From a candidate division WOR-3 bacterium (GTDB lineage Bacteria > Hydrothermota > Tepidihabitantia > Tepidihabitantales > Tepidihabitantaceae): 60,112 nucleotides of DNA. The DNA lies in assembly GCA_965649205.1 (NCBI GenBank), contig CBFGJV010000016.1, positions 1-60,112 on the forward strand, given 5' to 3'. Below are positions 50,701 through 59,907 of this stretch, piece by piece. The position numbers and the translations under genes are program-made. Each line of letters begins with the position of its first letter. Position 1 is the first letter of the stretch. The notes under the pieces are model-generated. The model was not told the origin of the DNA. It searched no databases and worked only from the letters and a program-made list of their open reading frames with translations.

Positions 50701-53277
50701 GATTTCTGTTTACCGCCGCAGCAGAGGGTTTGGACGGATACAACAGAACGAGTCTGGGTAGCGCAGATTTCGCGCAAGACAGATACAAGTTATGTATCGC
50801 CGTTTCCGCTGAAAAAAGATATGTACGGAAGAATCGAACAGGAAGCCTCGTTACTCTTCGGCTACGAGGCTCTTTTGCCGGGTTCTCAGGCCCTGGTGGA
50901 AAAAGTGTCGGCCACTAAGGATGATTACCGTGAATATCGGGAACTGCGGATGTATGTACATGAGGATGGAAACGATTTGGATATCTTTTTCCGTTTTGGT
51001 GCCGACTCGGGGAACTACTACGAGTACCGTTCTCGCGCCAGAGACGGCAATCTGGTACCGGGAAGTGATGGGAAATGGTATGAATTCGTCATGAACCTGG
51101 ATTCTTTTCCGATTCTCAAGTACGTGCGTGATTCGTTGAGAAAAAGAGGAGAGTCCTTGCCGGAGGGAAAATACCGTCTTTGCGGCACCCCTTCGCTGGC
51201 AGATGTTAGATATCAGGCAATCGGGATTGTCCAGACACAAGCGTGGAAAGTAAGCGGCGGCGTTTGGTTTAACGATATCAGACTTGCCGGGCCCAGAAGA
51301 GACCCAGGTTATGGATTTCAAGCCCGTACCACGGTAGGTCTTGCAGACTTGGCAAACGCTGGTCTGTCGTTCGTTTATTCAGATCCAAATTTCCGCAGGT
51401 TCAGCGAGGCGCCGGGTGTAAAAACTGGTGGGTACGCCAACAGCATCAATGCCGACCTCAGAGTTAACTTGGATCGTTTGTTACCAGCAGGTTGGGGACT
51501 TTCGATTCCTTTGAGTTATGCTGTGTCCCGGCAGCGAGATGTTGGCAAGTATTCATCAATCTGGCCAGACCTGCGGCTGCCCCAAGGACAGAGTGCTGCA
51601 GAAGCTACAGAGGCAGGGAGCGAGGATGTGTCTGTTACCAATGTGCGTAAGCAGCTTTCTCGTAACAAGTTACTCAATTATACGTTAGAAGCTCTCAGTT
51701 TCTCTTGGCGTAGAAGACAGGCGCAACGGCTGGGGCTTCTGTCGCGAGATTCTAGCTGGAGTCGAATGTTGACTTTGAACTACAACGTCAGTCCGACATT
51801 GGATATTGAACTCTGGGAGGGTAACAGCATTTCGTTGTTTCCGCAGAACATAAAGTTTGGTATTTCCGATGGACAGCTTGCCGAAGTGCGTGCTACGCGA
51901 CAAACAACGGCAGATTCGTTTCGCACCGAGTTGCGACGTGGGCATACCCTTAGCTCAGATTTTTCCACCTCTTACTCTCCCCTCGACGAACTGAATCTGG
52001 AATATAGTGTGGAGACCGAGCGAGATTTGCTCGTATCGCGACCAGACTCGCTTTGGCTAGTGGCTATAGGTACAGAGGTTTCTCGAGAAGAAAACTTCAG
52101 TGCTTCTTATTCATTGGAAATTGGGGATTTTCTCAATCCTTCTGTGGATTTTGACGGTAGTTACTCGGACGAACGTACCAAGCTTGATAATAGGAACTAT
52201 GCTAATCACCGCAACATGGAAAATGCGGGCAATGTAAGTTTTGGTTTGGACATAGACCTACCTGAATTTTTCCGACGGGTAAAGGGACCAGATAAGGGTC
52301 CGTTTTCCGGTGTCAGAAATACCATAGGCAAACTAGGGGAAATATTGGAACCAGTTGATTTAGAATACTCATTTGACCGTTCCAGTGATATGGTAAAAGT
52401 TACCGGTCAGGTCCCTTGGTACTATCGGCTTGGATTGAAGAATTACTTTGATTTCGACACGCTGGAGCCACCTTCAAGTATTAGAAAAGAGTCAGAAAAC
52501 TCATTGCGCGTTTCCTCGGCCGCAAAGTTCAAGGAGTTTAAGGCCGGTATTTCATATGATTGGTCGAGCAGTCGCGAAGAACGTCTGATAGGCAGCACCA
52601 GATTCCCAACTGCAGACGTAAGTATCAGCTGGCCGGACCTAGATTTTTCCTTAGGGGGAATACATAAGTTTCTTGCCAAGTACGCAACAGATTCGCGGTT
52701 GTCAAGTGGGTTTCGCAGACGGACTACTCGTAGCGGTCAGCTGCTGGCTGATTCTCTGGCAACATACGGCCGTACGGAGAGTTGGTCCAATGAGCTGAGT
52801 CCTTTGGTATCTTGGACCACAACGTGGAAAAAGAAGGTTACTAGTACATTGACAGTAAATCATAACTCTTCTGTTACGCAAAACTATCTTAGCGAAAACG
52901 GTCTGACCCGTAGCCGTACCAATACGGATTCAAGAAGTGCGGAGTTATCCCTGTCGTATTCTTTTGCCGCTCCTCAAGGCCTTAAGTTGCCAGGCTTGAA
53001 TAGAGTACGTTTTTCGTATGATTTGCGGCTTACTTGGTCTTTACGGTATGCAATGGATGTGCAGAAGTTTGGGCTAACGTCCAGTGGGGGGCAGGAATGG
53101 AGCGAACCTACTTATCGGCAGCGCGATCGTTCTATTTCCTCGCGTTTGGCCGGTTCCTATAGCTTTTCTCGCTCCATAGAGGCTGGTTCCAATCTCGGTT
53201 ATACCTATACAAAAGGAATCACGGGCATAGGTACTAGGGCCACGGATCTAGACGTCTGGGTGCTATTTCGTTTCTAG
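47776..53277 (+). CDS. sprA: SprA/Sov-like large outer-membrane protein (T9SS translocon homologue)
   Basis: Signal peptide; QQLAVRLNGTIG..IDHDS..NRIKLIYTG.EDD.VQSVELGD, GLFG, G.DY.INY..G, YLDDFEG, WFNDIRL segments recognised as SprA-like; beta-strand-rich, terminal Phe; 1833 aa. Confidence 0.8.
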   Translation: MRRFFLYLVLFVSLLWASSLGEPVKLIPRIDYRLGVVFLEKWRGDYFLGVSRVFTLEEYLRYQMQTAVLSNWKREAVSARKQKEYSLDASGLIPDIELPKLPVFGEGSRIDISGQDRITLGGRQTVVEGMATPGSSRLLPELKMEQQLAVRLNGTIGERTKVNIDHDSQRQQGNNRIKLIYTGTEDDLVQSVELGDTKLSIPGTAYTGDLPSHKGLFGVSARGKLGAIDLYGIASREESQSQTQTFTGRRRKSVDTIYAKDYVARRFYHLRDIPGNILALRVYVDDNIPTNNQASIKAIATVFPKSPDSIPVSWSWDRDGGDFDLKALGVDYVLLPDNILEFSQPLNPQDVVGLVVFTDRDTLGGTMYNDSLVLKLLKPERTDSLSLAWDYEMRNVYALRQREVQLSSFRLYRDDPVSNIDAEYEDKGPNSGRLFTQLLGLDPDGDGRLEYPAFDSKTGLIRFPTLHPFASDGLSIRDSVMYRKYPLEPDEGRKYYMVVEYSSATESYYLGQVDIEENSERVRVDGVLWNRGTDYEINYSSGILTFRRTLPVDANISVTFEYRPWFSLSQRTLLGTRAEWPFAANGKIGSSVFYRTEGLSEDKPVLGSEPSRRLIAEADASYSASSDAVTAFIDRLPVLRAQSPSAFAVSAEGAVSLPDPNTRGLAYLDDFEGTTITRDIPNNAILWSHASVPVGKDTTQFCREPLSWWTPTRPQELVRKDSVFGPGLGEEGSETHDFLRVIMRPDPGRPESWAGLMICPSQIGMNLKDIKNLEMIVRSKRNRGRIHVSVGMSIDEDAPRRTKGGGIAGYNGRMDTEDRNGNGVLDEGLEDTGLDGIFGTDTSWKAGSEDDGNDDYDPLRNQMGTENNGRLDGEDLDNNGFSRYNHYFECGVSLDDPKYSSSLYGGWKLYRLPLEDTMLFRRVGSPKWEDIRLIRLWFDGFDETDTIDFYSIQFVGSRWRNPRVVQQSKYEQGGGDFCLPPQQRVWTDTTERVWVAQISRKTDTSYVSPFPLKKDMYGRIEQEASLLFGYEALLPGSQALVEKVSATKDDYREYRELRMYVHEDGNDLDIFFRFGADSGNYYEYRSRARDGNLVPGSDGKWYEFVMNLDSFPILKYVRDSLRKRGESLPEGKYRLCGTPSLADVRYQAIGIVQTQAWKVSGGVWFNDIRLAGPRRDPGYGFQARTTVGLADLANAGLSFVYSDPNFRRFSEAPGVKTGGYANSINADLRVNLDRLLPAGWGLSIPLSYAVSRQRDVGKYSSIWPDLRLPQGQSAAEATEAGSEDVSVTNVRKQLSRNKLLNYTLEALSFSWRRRQAQRLGLLSRDSSWSRMLTLNYNVSPTLDIELWEGNSISLFPQNIKFGISDGQLAEVRATRQTTADSFRTELRRGHTLSSDFSTSYSPLDELNLEYSVETERDLLVSRPDSLWLVAIGTEVSREENFSASYSLEIGDFLNPSVDFDGSYSDERTKLDNRNYANHRNMENAGNVSFGLDIDLPEFFRRVKGPDKGPFSGVRNTIGKLGEILEPVDLEYSFDRSSDMVKVTGQVPWYYRLGLKNYFDFDTLEPPSSIRKESENSLRVSSAAKFKEFKAGISYDWSSSREERLIGSTRFPTADVSISWPDLDFSLGGIHKFLAKYATDSRLSSGFRRRTTRSGQLLADSLATYGRTESWSNELSPLVSWTTTWKKKVTSTLTVNHNSSVTQNYLSENGLTRSRTNTDSRSAELSLSYSFAAPQGLKLPGLNRVRFSYDLRLTWSLRYAMDVQKFGLTSSGGQEWSEPTYRQRDRSISSRLAGSYSFSRSIEAGSNLGYTYTKGITGIGTRATDLDVWVLFRF

Positions 53278-53693
53278 TGAACCGGCGAGAACAGGCAGCT
53301 ATTGCTTTTCTAGTCACTACATTTCTGATTGGCGCGGGTATAAGTGGTTGGCGCCAGCATTATCGGCGAGGGTCTAGTCAGAATATCGTGGTGGAGAACC
53401 CAGTAGATACTTTGCTTCTTACCAGCGAGCCACTTAGTTTGAATACTGCCCGGAGGTATGAGCTTGAAGCGTTGCCTGGAATAGGACCGAAGTTAGCTGA
53501 ACGCATTATCGCCTATCGCGAGCAAAATAAAGGTTTCAAGAGTTTGGATGAATTGCGTCGAATAAGTGGTATTGGTCCGAAACGTTTCGCTGCCATCAAA
53601 GACATGGTAACAGTGGGTGTTTATAATCCATTGGACACATTTGAGAGAGACAACGCTTCTCTACCCGACACTCACGAACTTCTTGACTACTAG
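53277..53693 (+). CDS. comEA: ComEA-family helix-hairpin-helix DNA-binding protein
   Basis: LNTA..ELEALPGIGPKLAERIIAYR...F.SLDEL..ISGIGPK; N-terminal TM. Confidence 0.88.
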   Translation: MNRREQAAIAFLVTTFLIGAGISGWRQHYRRGSSQNIVVENPVDTLLLTSEPLSLNTARRYELEALPGIGPKLAERIIAYREQNKGFKSLDELRRISGIGPKRFAAIKDMVTVGVYNPLDTFERDNASLPDTHELLDY

Positions 53694-53827
53694 CGCAGTT
53701 ACTACCGGGAGGTTTTCGTTTCATAAGTTCCTGCCTGGGGTGGAGAGATGCCATTTTGAACTGCAATGGAAAGCAGCCGCTTGGGCCTTTTAATAATGGC
53801 GCGTTAGTTCGACGAGGTAACAAAAGA

Positions 53828-53863
53828 TAGCCCGCTTGACTTCAAGTGCGAACGGGCTAGACT
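53828..53863 (+). promoter_or_regulatory. sigma70-like promoter overlapped by an inverted repeat
   Basis: TTGACT-N16-TAGACT inside TAGCCCG...CGGGCTA, with inner CTTGA/TCAAG. Confidence 0.45.
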
Positions 53864-53969
53864 TTAGGCAGTGAGAGTGAAAGGGTTTCTTATCCGCAGA
53901 TCGCCCGGCCCTCTGGTTTGTCTTCTCGGTACATTTCCATCTCAGAAGAAAGGTTAGGTCAAAGGAGAA

Positions 53970-55037
53970 ATGTTCGCAAGCCGAAAGTCTAAAACTGTAG
54001 GGTTATTTTCTGGTGGTCTTGACAGCATACTGGCAGCCAGGCTTATGGTTGAACAAGGAGTTGAGGTAATTGGTCTGCATTTCCGAGTTCCATTTCCATC
54101 GCCGGAGCGTGATTTTACAAATGACCGTTTGATGCGTCTAGCGGAGTCTGCGGGCGTTAGCGCCATTTCGGTTGATGTCACCGACGACTATATGAAGTTG
54201 ATTGAGAAACCGGCTCATGGGTATGCCCGAGGTATGGCTCCATGTTTGGACTGTATGCTTTACATGCTTACAAAAGCCAAGGAGCTTGCGGAACAGGTAA
54301 GCGCTGATTTTATTTTTACTGGGGAAGTAGTGGGTCAAAGGTCTCACTGTCAGAACAAACGTTCGCTCAAGTTGCTGGAGAAGCTCGGAAAGATGGAGGG
54401 AAGGTTGCTGCGACCGCTTTCCGCTAAACTCTTAGAACCTACTATACCCGAGTTGACAGGAATAGTTAGAAGAGAAAGGCTTTTGGAGATTAAAGGTAGA
54501 AGTCGACGTCGTCAGATACGTCTGGCCTCGGAATTTGGCATCCTAGACTATCCTCAACCCGCCGGAGGTTGTTTGCTGACAGATGCTAATTTTGGTTCCA
54601 GAGTAAAAGATGCAATTCAACACGGACAGTTAGATCCGGCGAGTCGCCAACTGTTGATGCTCGGTCGCCACTTTCGATTGGAAAGTGGAGCTAAAGTCAT
54701 AGTAGGACGGAATAAGGGGGAGAATCAGCGTTTAGAGGTCCTTAGTAGGCCTACGGATGTGCTCTGTCGCCCGTTGGTGGTGGTGGGGCCAGTTGCGTTA
54801 CTGATTGGGGCTCCTGTCGGGAAGCAAGATATGGAGCTTGCAGCTAGGATTTGTGCGCGCTATTCAGATGCTCCACGCGGCCAAAAAGTTAAGGTTCAGT
54901 GTGGAGACCAGGTGTTTGAGGTCACAGCTGCACTGGATGAACAGTTGGAAGATTGGCTCATACAGGCAACGCGGCTAATCGAAAGGACGGAAGATGACAC
55001 AGGAAACGAAGGAAAAAATAGCAAAGATTCTGAATGA
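53970..55037 (+). CDS. PP-loop tRNA thiolase-like protein (ThiI/MnmA-related)
   Basis: SGGLDS, CLDC, TGEVVGQR, RPLSAKLL, PAGGCLLTD, GRHFR, VGRN. Confidence 0.75.
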   Translation: MFASRKSKTVGLFSGGLDSILAARLMVEQGVEVIGLHFRVPFPSPERDFTNDRLMRLAESAGVSAISVDVTDDYMKLIEKPAHGYARGMAPCLDCMLYMLTKAKELAEQVSADFIFTGEVVGQRSHCQNKRSLKLLEKLGKMEGRLLRPLSAKLLEPTIPELTGIVRRERLLEIKGRSRRRQIRLASEFGILDYPQPAGGCLLTDANFGSRVKDAIQHGQLDPASRQLLMLGRHFRLESGAKVIVGRNKGENQRLEVLSRPTDVLCRPLVVVGPVALLIGAPVGKQDMELAARICARYSDAPRGQKVKVQCGDQVFEVTAALDEQLEDWLIQATRLIERTEDDTGNEGKNSKDSE

Positions 55038-55233
55038 AAAGGTTCGTCCGCAACTGAGAGCTGATGGTGGAGATGTGGAGCTTGTCGAAGTCACAGACGA
55101 GGGCGTTGCTCGACTTCGCCTCACAGGTGCCTGTGCCGGTTGTCCCTTCGCGTCGATGACTCTGGCTGTCACCGTAGAGCAAGTGTTGAAAAGAGAAGTT
55201 CCAGAATTGGTCAGGATTGAGCCAGTTCCTTAG
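54994..55233 (+). CDS. NifU C-terminal (Nfu) domain protein
   Basis: VRPQLRADGGDVELV...GACAGCP. Confidence 0.9.
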   Translation: MTQETKEKIAKILNEKVRPQLRADGGDVELVEVTDEGVARLRLTGACAGCPFASMTLAVTVEQVLKREVPELVRIEPVP

Positions 55234-55239
55234 TTTCTT

Positions 55240-56478
55240 CTAAGCGACCGGAATTCCCTCTAAGAAATTCTGACGGTAAGCAAAACTGCAAGGGAGTAGA
55301 TGAACGACCGTCGTGTAGAAACCGATGTAGCGCGGTCTCGTCACAAGGCGATTCATTATCGAGTTTACTGAATAGAAACGGTTCATTATCCATGCTGGAT
55401 CGGTGTCCTGAAGGCGAGGTTCATAGGATATCGGTACCAATCTCGGGTTTCCTCGGTCGTCATAAGAGAAGAAGCGTACGCTTATAAGATCTAGGTCTAC
55501 CTTCAACAAAGCTCTAGCGATGCGGTCGTAATTAGTTTGGGTTTCACTGGAAATTTCTAAAAGGAATTGCGCACCCACCAGCATTTTTTTGGAACGGAGT
55601 ATTCTTACCCGTCTATTCAACTCGCGGAGAAGTGCGGAACTACCATCTATTGAAAGCAGTTTTCCTTGCCAAAAGTCGTCGTTTAAGAACACGACCTTTG
55701 TTCCTGCCTTAGCAAGCAGTTTAATAAGGGTAGGAAAATGGAAGAGATTATTCCCGGCCTTGACTGTCCAGTGTCGGCGATAGTTCCAGACCAAATTGAA
55801 CATTTCTTGATAGTAGTCTGGCTCACAGGCAATGTCGTCATCAAGCAAATAGATATGTTTGGCTGGTATCTCCAGTAGCTCACCCACTACTTCCGATGGA
55901 TCACGTTTCAATTTTGCAGGCCCGAAATACAGGTACTCGGGACAAATAAGTCTTGTTGGTTCCGGGCAAGCGCAACCTCGGATGAAGTTAAGTGTGTGGC
56001 GTCTGGTTAGTGGCTCAACGGGGTTCCAGTTTATGTGGGCAGGGAAGTAGTGCGGCTGGTCAGTTGCGCGATAGTATGGTTTCAGTTTACCCGACAGTAA
56101 GTCTTCTCTTATTTGTGCCCATATGTTGAGAATGTCTCCCTCCACACGAGGGACTTCGCCCCACTCTTTGCCTCTTGCCGTTATTGCTGGCCCAAATAAG
56201 AGGAAGGGTAAGCCCGCTTTTTGTAGAACGGTAACTGTCTCGCGAGCACACTCCTCTTCTCCAAAGTCTACTCTGACCAAGCAAAGTTTTTCCTCGCCGG
56301 TGAACTTAATAGAAGACACACGTAGGTCAACATATGAAAACTCGTCGTACTCGCTAATTAGTCCCAGGAGCCGCTCAAACTCCGGGTTGACGTATAGCAG
56401 CGACCTGGCTCCTCTAACCGGGAAACCGGGAACAAAGCGTTGGGCGGGGTGAGCTAACGCCAAACAGAGTACCTTCAC
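55240..56478 (-). CDS. Divergent B12-binding/radical-SAM-like protein
   Basis: GPAIT and VEGD N-domain remnants; RGC, R..SEVVGEL, YLLDDDI, LAKAG; cysteine motif non-canonical. Confidence 0.55.
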   Translation of the reverse strand: MKVLCLALAHPAQRFVPGFPVRGARSLLYVNPEFERLLGLISEYDEFSYVDLRVSSIKFTGEEKLCLVRVDFGEEECARETVTVLQKAGLPFLLFGPAITARGKEWGEVPRVEGDILNIWAQIREDLLSGKLKPYYRATDQPHYFPAHINWNPVEPLTRRHTLNFIRGCACPEPTRLICPEYLYFGPAKLKRDPSEVVGELLEIPAKHIYLLDDDIACEPDYYQEMFNLVWNYRRHWTVKAGNNLFHFPTLIKLLAKAGTKVVFLNDDFWQGKLLSIDGSSALLRELNRRVRILRSKKMLVGAQFLLEISSETQTNYDRIARALLKVDLDLISVRFFSYDDRGNPRLVPISYEPRLQDTDPAWIMNRFYSVNSIMNRLVTRPRYIGFYTTVVHLLPCSFAYRQNFLEGIPVA

Positions 56479-58049
56479 TTGTGTATAAACAGCCGCAGTA
56501 TGTCGTTAAGAAGGGTAAAGAATACCAGCGCTCCAATCAGGAGCCACCCTATATTACCGGCCCAAGATAGTTCTTTCTCAGTCAGGGGACGACGTTTGAT
56601 ACCTTCGACCAGTATCAAAGCGATTCTGCCTCCGTCGAGTACAGGTATGGGTAACATGTTGACCACGAAAAGATTGATGGATAGCAGGGCCCAAAGAGCC
56701 AGGAAGTATTCTGCTCCCCAGCTTGCCCCTTCATAGGCGATTTTGGCTACCATGATGGGACCACCTATTGCCCGACCTGAAATTCGGCGAGTAAGTACTT
56801 GGTAGATGATAGAGAAGGTCTGCGCGACAACTTGGCCGGTTCTAACTACCGATTGTTTGACAGCGGCAGCCACGGTGAGGTGAGTTCTAGGCAGTTCCGC
56901 CCAGATGCCGATGCTGCCACTGCGAAGTCCGGTTAACTGATCTTCTTCGGCAGTAGGTACGATGGTATCGCTGTATGTGGTTCCGTTGCGGCGCCACCTT
57001 ATTTCGGTCTTCATTCCTGTTTGGCGAGAAAGTAACTCAATCAAGTCGTTCCAGCTGTTGATGGAAATGCCGTTCACTGAGATTATAGTGTCGCCGCTGC
57101 GAAGACCGATTCTATCTGCCGGTCCGAGTTTACGTACTTGTCCCACTATTGGTGGTATAAGTGGTTCGATGTGGCGACGCTGGTTCTGTGCCCATATGCC
57201 CAGTTGTCCGATGCGGGTTTTGGTCCTAGGGTCTATTTGTATTGAAGGCACAATTGAGCCGTTGAACAGCTTTCCTTCTCGACGCCAGCCGATCGATATG
57301 CGCCTTCCCGGGTTCATACGTACCGCCAAGACAAGTTCTTCCCAATTGCGGACAGGGACTCCGTTCAGCATAACAATTGTGTCACCGGGTAGGAGGCCGA
57401 GGTTTGCTGCTGGACTGCCGGGTTTGACTCCGCCGACGACCGTATTCATCGTGGCGGGAGTTAGCCAAGTGTCTTTGGGGACCTGATAGACAAGCTCAAA
57501 CTGCTCTGCTCCCCGACGTACGACCAAGGGGAGAGATTGGGAGCTATATCGAGCAATAACTTTTTCGAGAGCCTCAAAACTAGGTATTGTTTCTCCAGCA
57601 GCGAAAATCACCAAATCTCCGGTGCGCAATCCTGCTGACGTCGCAGGCGAATCAGGTTGGGGATCAACAATAGGAGCGAGGTGCTTGAGGCCGAAGATAA
57701 CGTACAGGCATAAGAGTAGAACAAATCCCAGAAGGAGATTCGCTAAAGGGCCAGCCGCAATAACTGCTATCCTGATGCCCAGCGGTTTCTGGTTGAACCC
57801 CTGTATTTCAGTTTGGGCTTGTGTAGTAGGTTCGTTCTCTCCTGCCATCTTGATGTACCCTCCGAGCGGAATGAGAGAAACTCTGTATTCAGTTTCGCCC
57901 AGTTTGCGCTTTAGTATGGCTGGACCAAAGCCAATGGAAAAGGCTTCAACTGGAATTTTGGATAGTTTGGCCATTACGAGATGACCGAATTCATGAATCG
58001 TCACTAGGACCCCTATGAACACAATGACTAGCAGGATAGACGAAACCAT
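56475..58049 (-). CDS. rseP: RIP metalloprotease RseP with three PDZ domains
   Basis: HEFGH, FSIGFGP, IPLGGY, AGPLAN, NMLPIPVLDGG. Confidence 0.93.
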   Translation of the reverse strand: MVSSILLVIVFIGVLVTIHEFGHLVMAKLSKIPVEAFSIGFGPAILKRKLGETEYRVSLIPLGGYIKMAGENEPTTQAQTEIQGFNQKPLGIRIAVIAAGPLANLLLGFVLLLCLYVIFGLKHLAPIVDPQPDSPATSAGLRTGDLVIFAAGETIPSFEALEKVIARYSSQSLPLVVRRGAEQFELVYQVPKDTWLTPATMNTVVGGVKPGSPAANLGLLPGDTIVMLNGVPVRNWEELVLAVRMNPGRRISIGWRREGKLFNGSIVPSIQIDPRTKTRIGQLGIWAQNQRRHIEPLIPPIVGQVRKLGPADRIGLRSGDTIISVNGISINSWNDLIELLSRQTGMKTEIRWRRNGTTYSDTIVPTAEEDQLTGLRSGSIGIWAELPRTHLTVAAAVKQSVVRTGQVVAQTFSIIYQVLTRRISGRAIGGPIMVAKIAYEGASWGAEYFLALWALLSINLFVVNMLPIPVLDGGRIALILVEGIKRRPLTEKELSWAGNIGWLLIGALVFFTLLNDILRLFIHK

Positions 58050-59215
58050 TAGTTGTTCCGACCGTGAAGCATTACTAACTGCTTGGCTCTATTCATTGTC
58101 CACTCTTCAAGACGCAAGAGTGCGGATAGCGAGAGATGGCGCTGTCGCTTGGGTTGTTGGCGCAAAGTGAGAGAGACTATACGCGGGATTGTTCCAAAAG
58201 CAATCCTTCCATTGAGGAATGCTTCTACTGCTACTTGATTGGCCGCATTCAAAACGCAGGTGGCTGCAGTACCCTGTCGCAGCGCACGAAGGGCTAATTT
58301 ATAGCAAGGAAAATTGGCACTGCGAAGCGGAGCAAAATCAAGGCGTTCTATTCGCTCGAGATGTAGCGGCTTTACGAGCGAGCAAGTCCGTTCTGGGTAC
58401 GTAAGACAGTATTGCACGGGTAATCGCATGTCCGGGTTGGACATCTGAGCAAGGATAGCACCGTCTGTGAATTCTACAAGCGCGTGGACTATTGATTGGG
58501 GATGTATAACTGCTTGCACTTGTTCTGGCTTTAGCTGAAAAAGTCGAACAGTTTCGATAACCTCGAGGCCTTTGTTCATCAGGGTAGCAGAGTCGACAGT
58601 TATTTTCTTTCCCATACGCCAAGTCGGATGCGCGAGAACTTGCTGGGGAGTGGCTTGGGCTGGCAGAGGAGAGGGGTAAAAGGGGCCTCCTGACGCAGTA
58701 ATGATTACCTTCCTGACGCTATCTCTGGAGCGACCGTCTAAACACTGATGTAACCCAGCGAGTTCCGAGTCGATGGGAAGCAATCTGCCGTTATGACGGC
58801 GACAGGTTTCCATTATTAGCTCGCCAAAGCCGACTAAGATCTCCTTGGATGCAAGACATACATGTTTGCCGTGTTCAAGCGCCGCGATAACCGGGAGTAA
58901 GCCAGCGGTGCCAGACATCGCCATCACTACTACATCTACCCGCGGCGATGATATAGCCTCCAGCAATGCGGAGGTTTCACAGGTTACTCTTGTTCCTCTC
59001 GGCACCAACCTTTGAGCATCTTCTGCAGCATGTCGGTCGGTCATGAACACTAAAGATGGAGCAAACTCGCAGGCCTGCTTTGCTATTATTCTACTAGAGC
59101 TATGTGCAGCCAGAAGTGATATCGCAAATTGCCCTTTTAGGTGTTTAACAACATCTAGCGTAGCACGTCCAACTGAACCGGTTGAGCCGAGCAGGGCCAG
59201 GTATCTTTTTCTCAT
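58049..59215 (-). CDS. dxr: 1-deoxy-D-xylulose-5-phosphate reductoisomerase
   Basis: LGSTGSVG, LPIDSE, TASGGPF, HPTWRMGKKITVDSATLMNKGLE, PDMRLP. Confidence 0.96.
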   Translation of the reverse strand: MRKRYLALLGSTGSVGRATLDVVKHLKGQFAISLLAAHSSSRIIAKQACEFAPSLVFMTDRHAAEDAQRLVPRGTRVTCETSALLEAISSPRVDVVVMAMSGTAGLLPVIAALEHGKHVCLASKEILVGFGELIMETCRRHNGRLLPIDSELAGLHQCLDGRSRDSVRKVIITASGGPFYPSPLPAQATPQQVLAHPTWRMGKKITVDSATLMNKGLEVIETVRLFQLKPEQVQAVIHPQSIVHALVEFTDGAILAQMSNPDMRLPVQYCLTYPERTCSLVKPLHLERIERLDFAPLRSANFPCYKLALRALRQGTAATCVLNAANQVAVEAFLNGRIAFGTIPRIVSLTLRQQPKRQRHLSLSALLRLEEWTMNRAKQLVMLHGRNN

Positions 59216-59901
59216 GTTAACCTGCGGGCTATGGTCAGATCGTATCTAGTGGTTATTTTGAAGTTGGACCAATGAGCAGGGAGCAAGAGGGGTTTGATAC
59301 CGAGTTTTTCGACAAGATAACAGTCGTCAGGAGCGCTAAGGTCAGCCGTACTGTGGTAGGCTCGTTTGAGAAGTGAAATAGGGAAGAACTGCGGAGTTTG
59401 TACGGCGTAGAGCCCGGCGCGGTTGATGGTCTTCAGTATTCTGTTGCCTGAAACCAATTTCAGTGTGTCCGTTACGGGGAAACCATAGGTTACCGGTCCA
59501 TGTTTGCGGCAATAGTAAAATCCCTGTTCGAGCATGCGTGCGGTGACGAAAGGACGAGCGGCATCGTGTACAGCCGCGTAGCCTAGGGGAGGAAGGTGGT
59601 TCAATCCAGCTAATACGGAAGCAGCTCGCGTTGCTCCTCCTGTCACAACAGCCCTTACTTTTTTGAAACCTGACTTTTTGACTAGCCTGTGGACATACTC
59701 CATCTTGCCAAGGTTAACGGCTACGACAACGCCCTTAACTGGACGTGCTCGCTCGAAAGCTGCCAACGAATAGAAGATCAGGGGTTTCCTACCAAGTAAC
59801 GAAAATTGCTTCAATCCGCCGAACCGACTTCCGCTGCCGGCGGCGACGATGATTCCGTAGCAGGCGTTTTCTTCTTGGCAGGCGTGGGCGTGCTTGCGCA
59901 A
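59212..59901 (-). CDS. ispD: 2-C-methyl-D-erythritol 4-phosphate cytidylyltransferase
   Basis: AAGSGSRFG, KQF, GGATRAASV, VHDAARPF, QTPQ, NFKITT. Confidence 0.93.
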   Translation of the reverse strand: MRKHAHACQEENACYGIIVAAGSGSRFGGLKQFSLLGRKPLIFYSLAAFERARPVKGVVVAVNLGKMEYVHRLVKKSGFKKVRAVVTGGATRAASVLAGLNHLPPLGYAAVHDAARPFVTARMLEQGFYYCRKHGPVTYGFPVTDTLKLVSGNRILKTINRAGLYAVQTPQFFPISLLKRAYHSTADLSAPDDCYLVEKLGIKPLLLPAHWSNFKITTRYDLTIARRLT

Positions 59902-59907
59902 TCTGTT

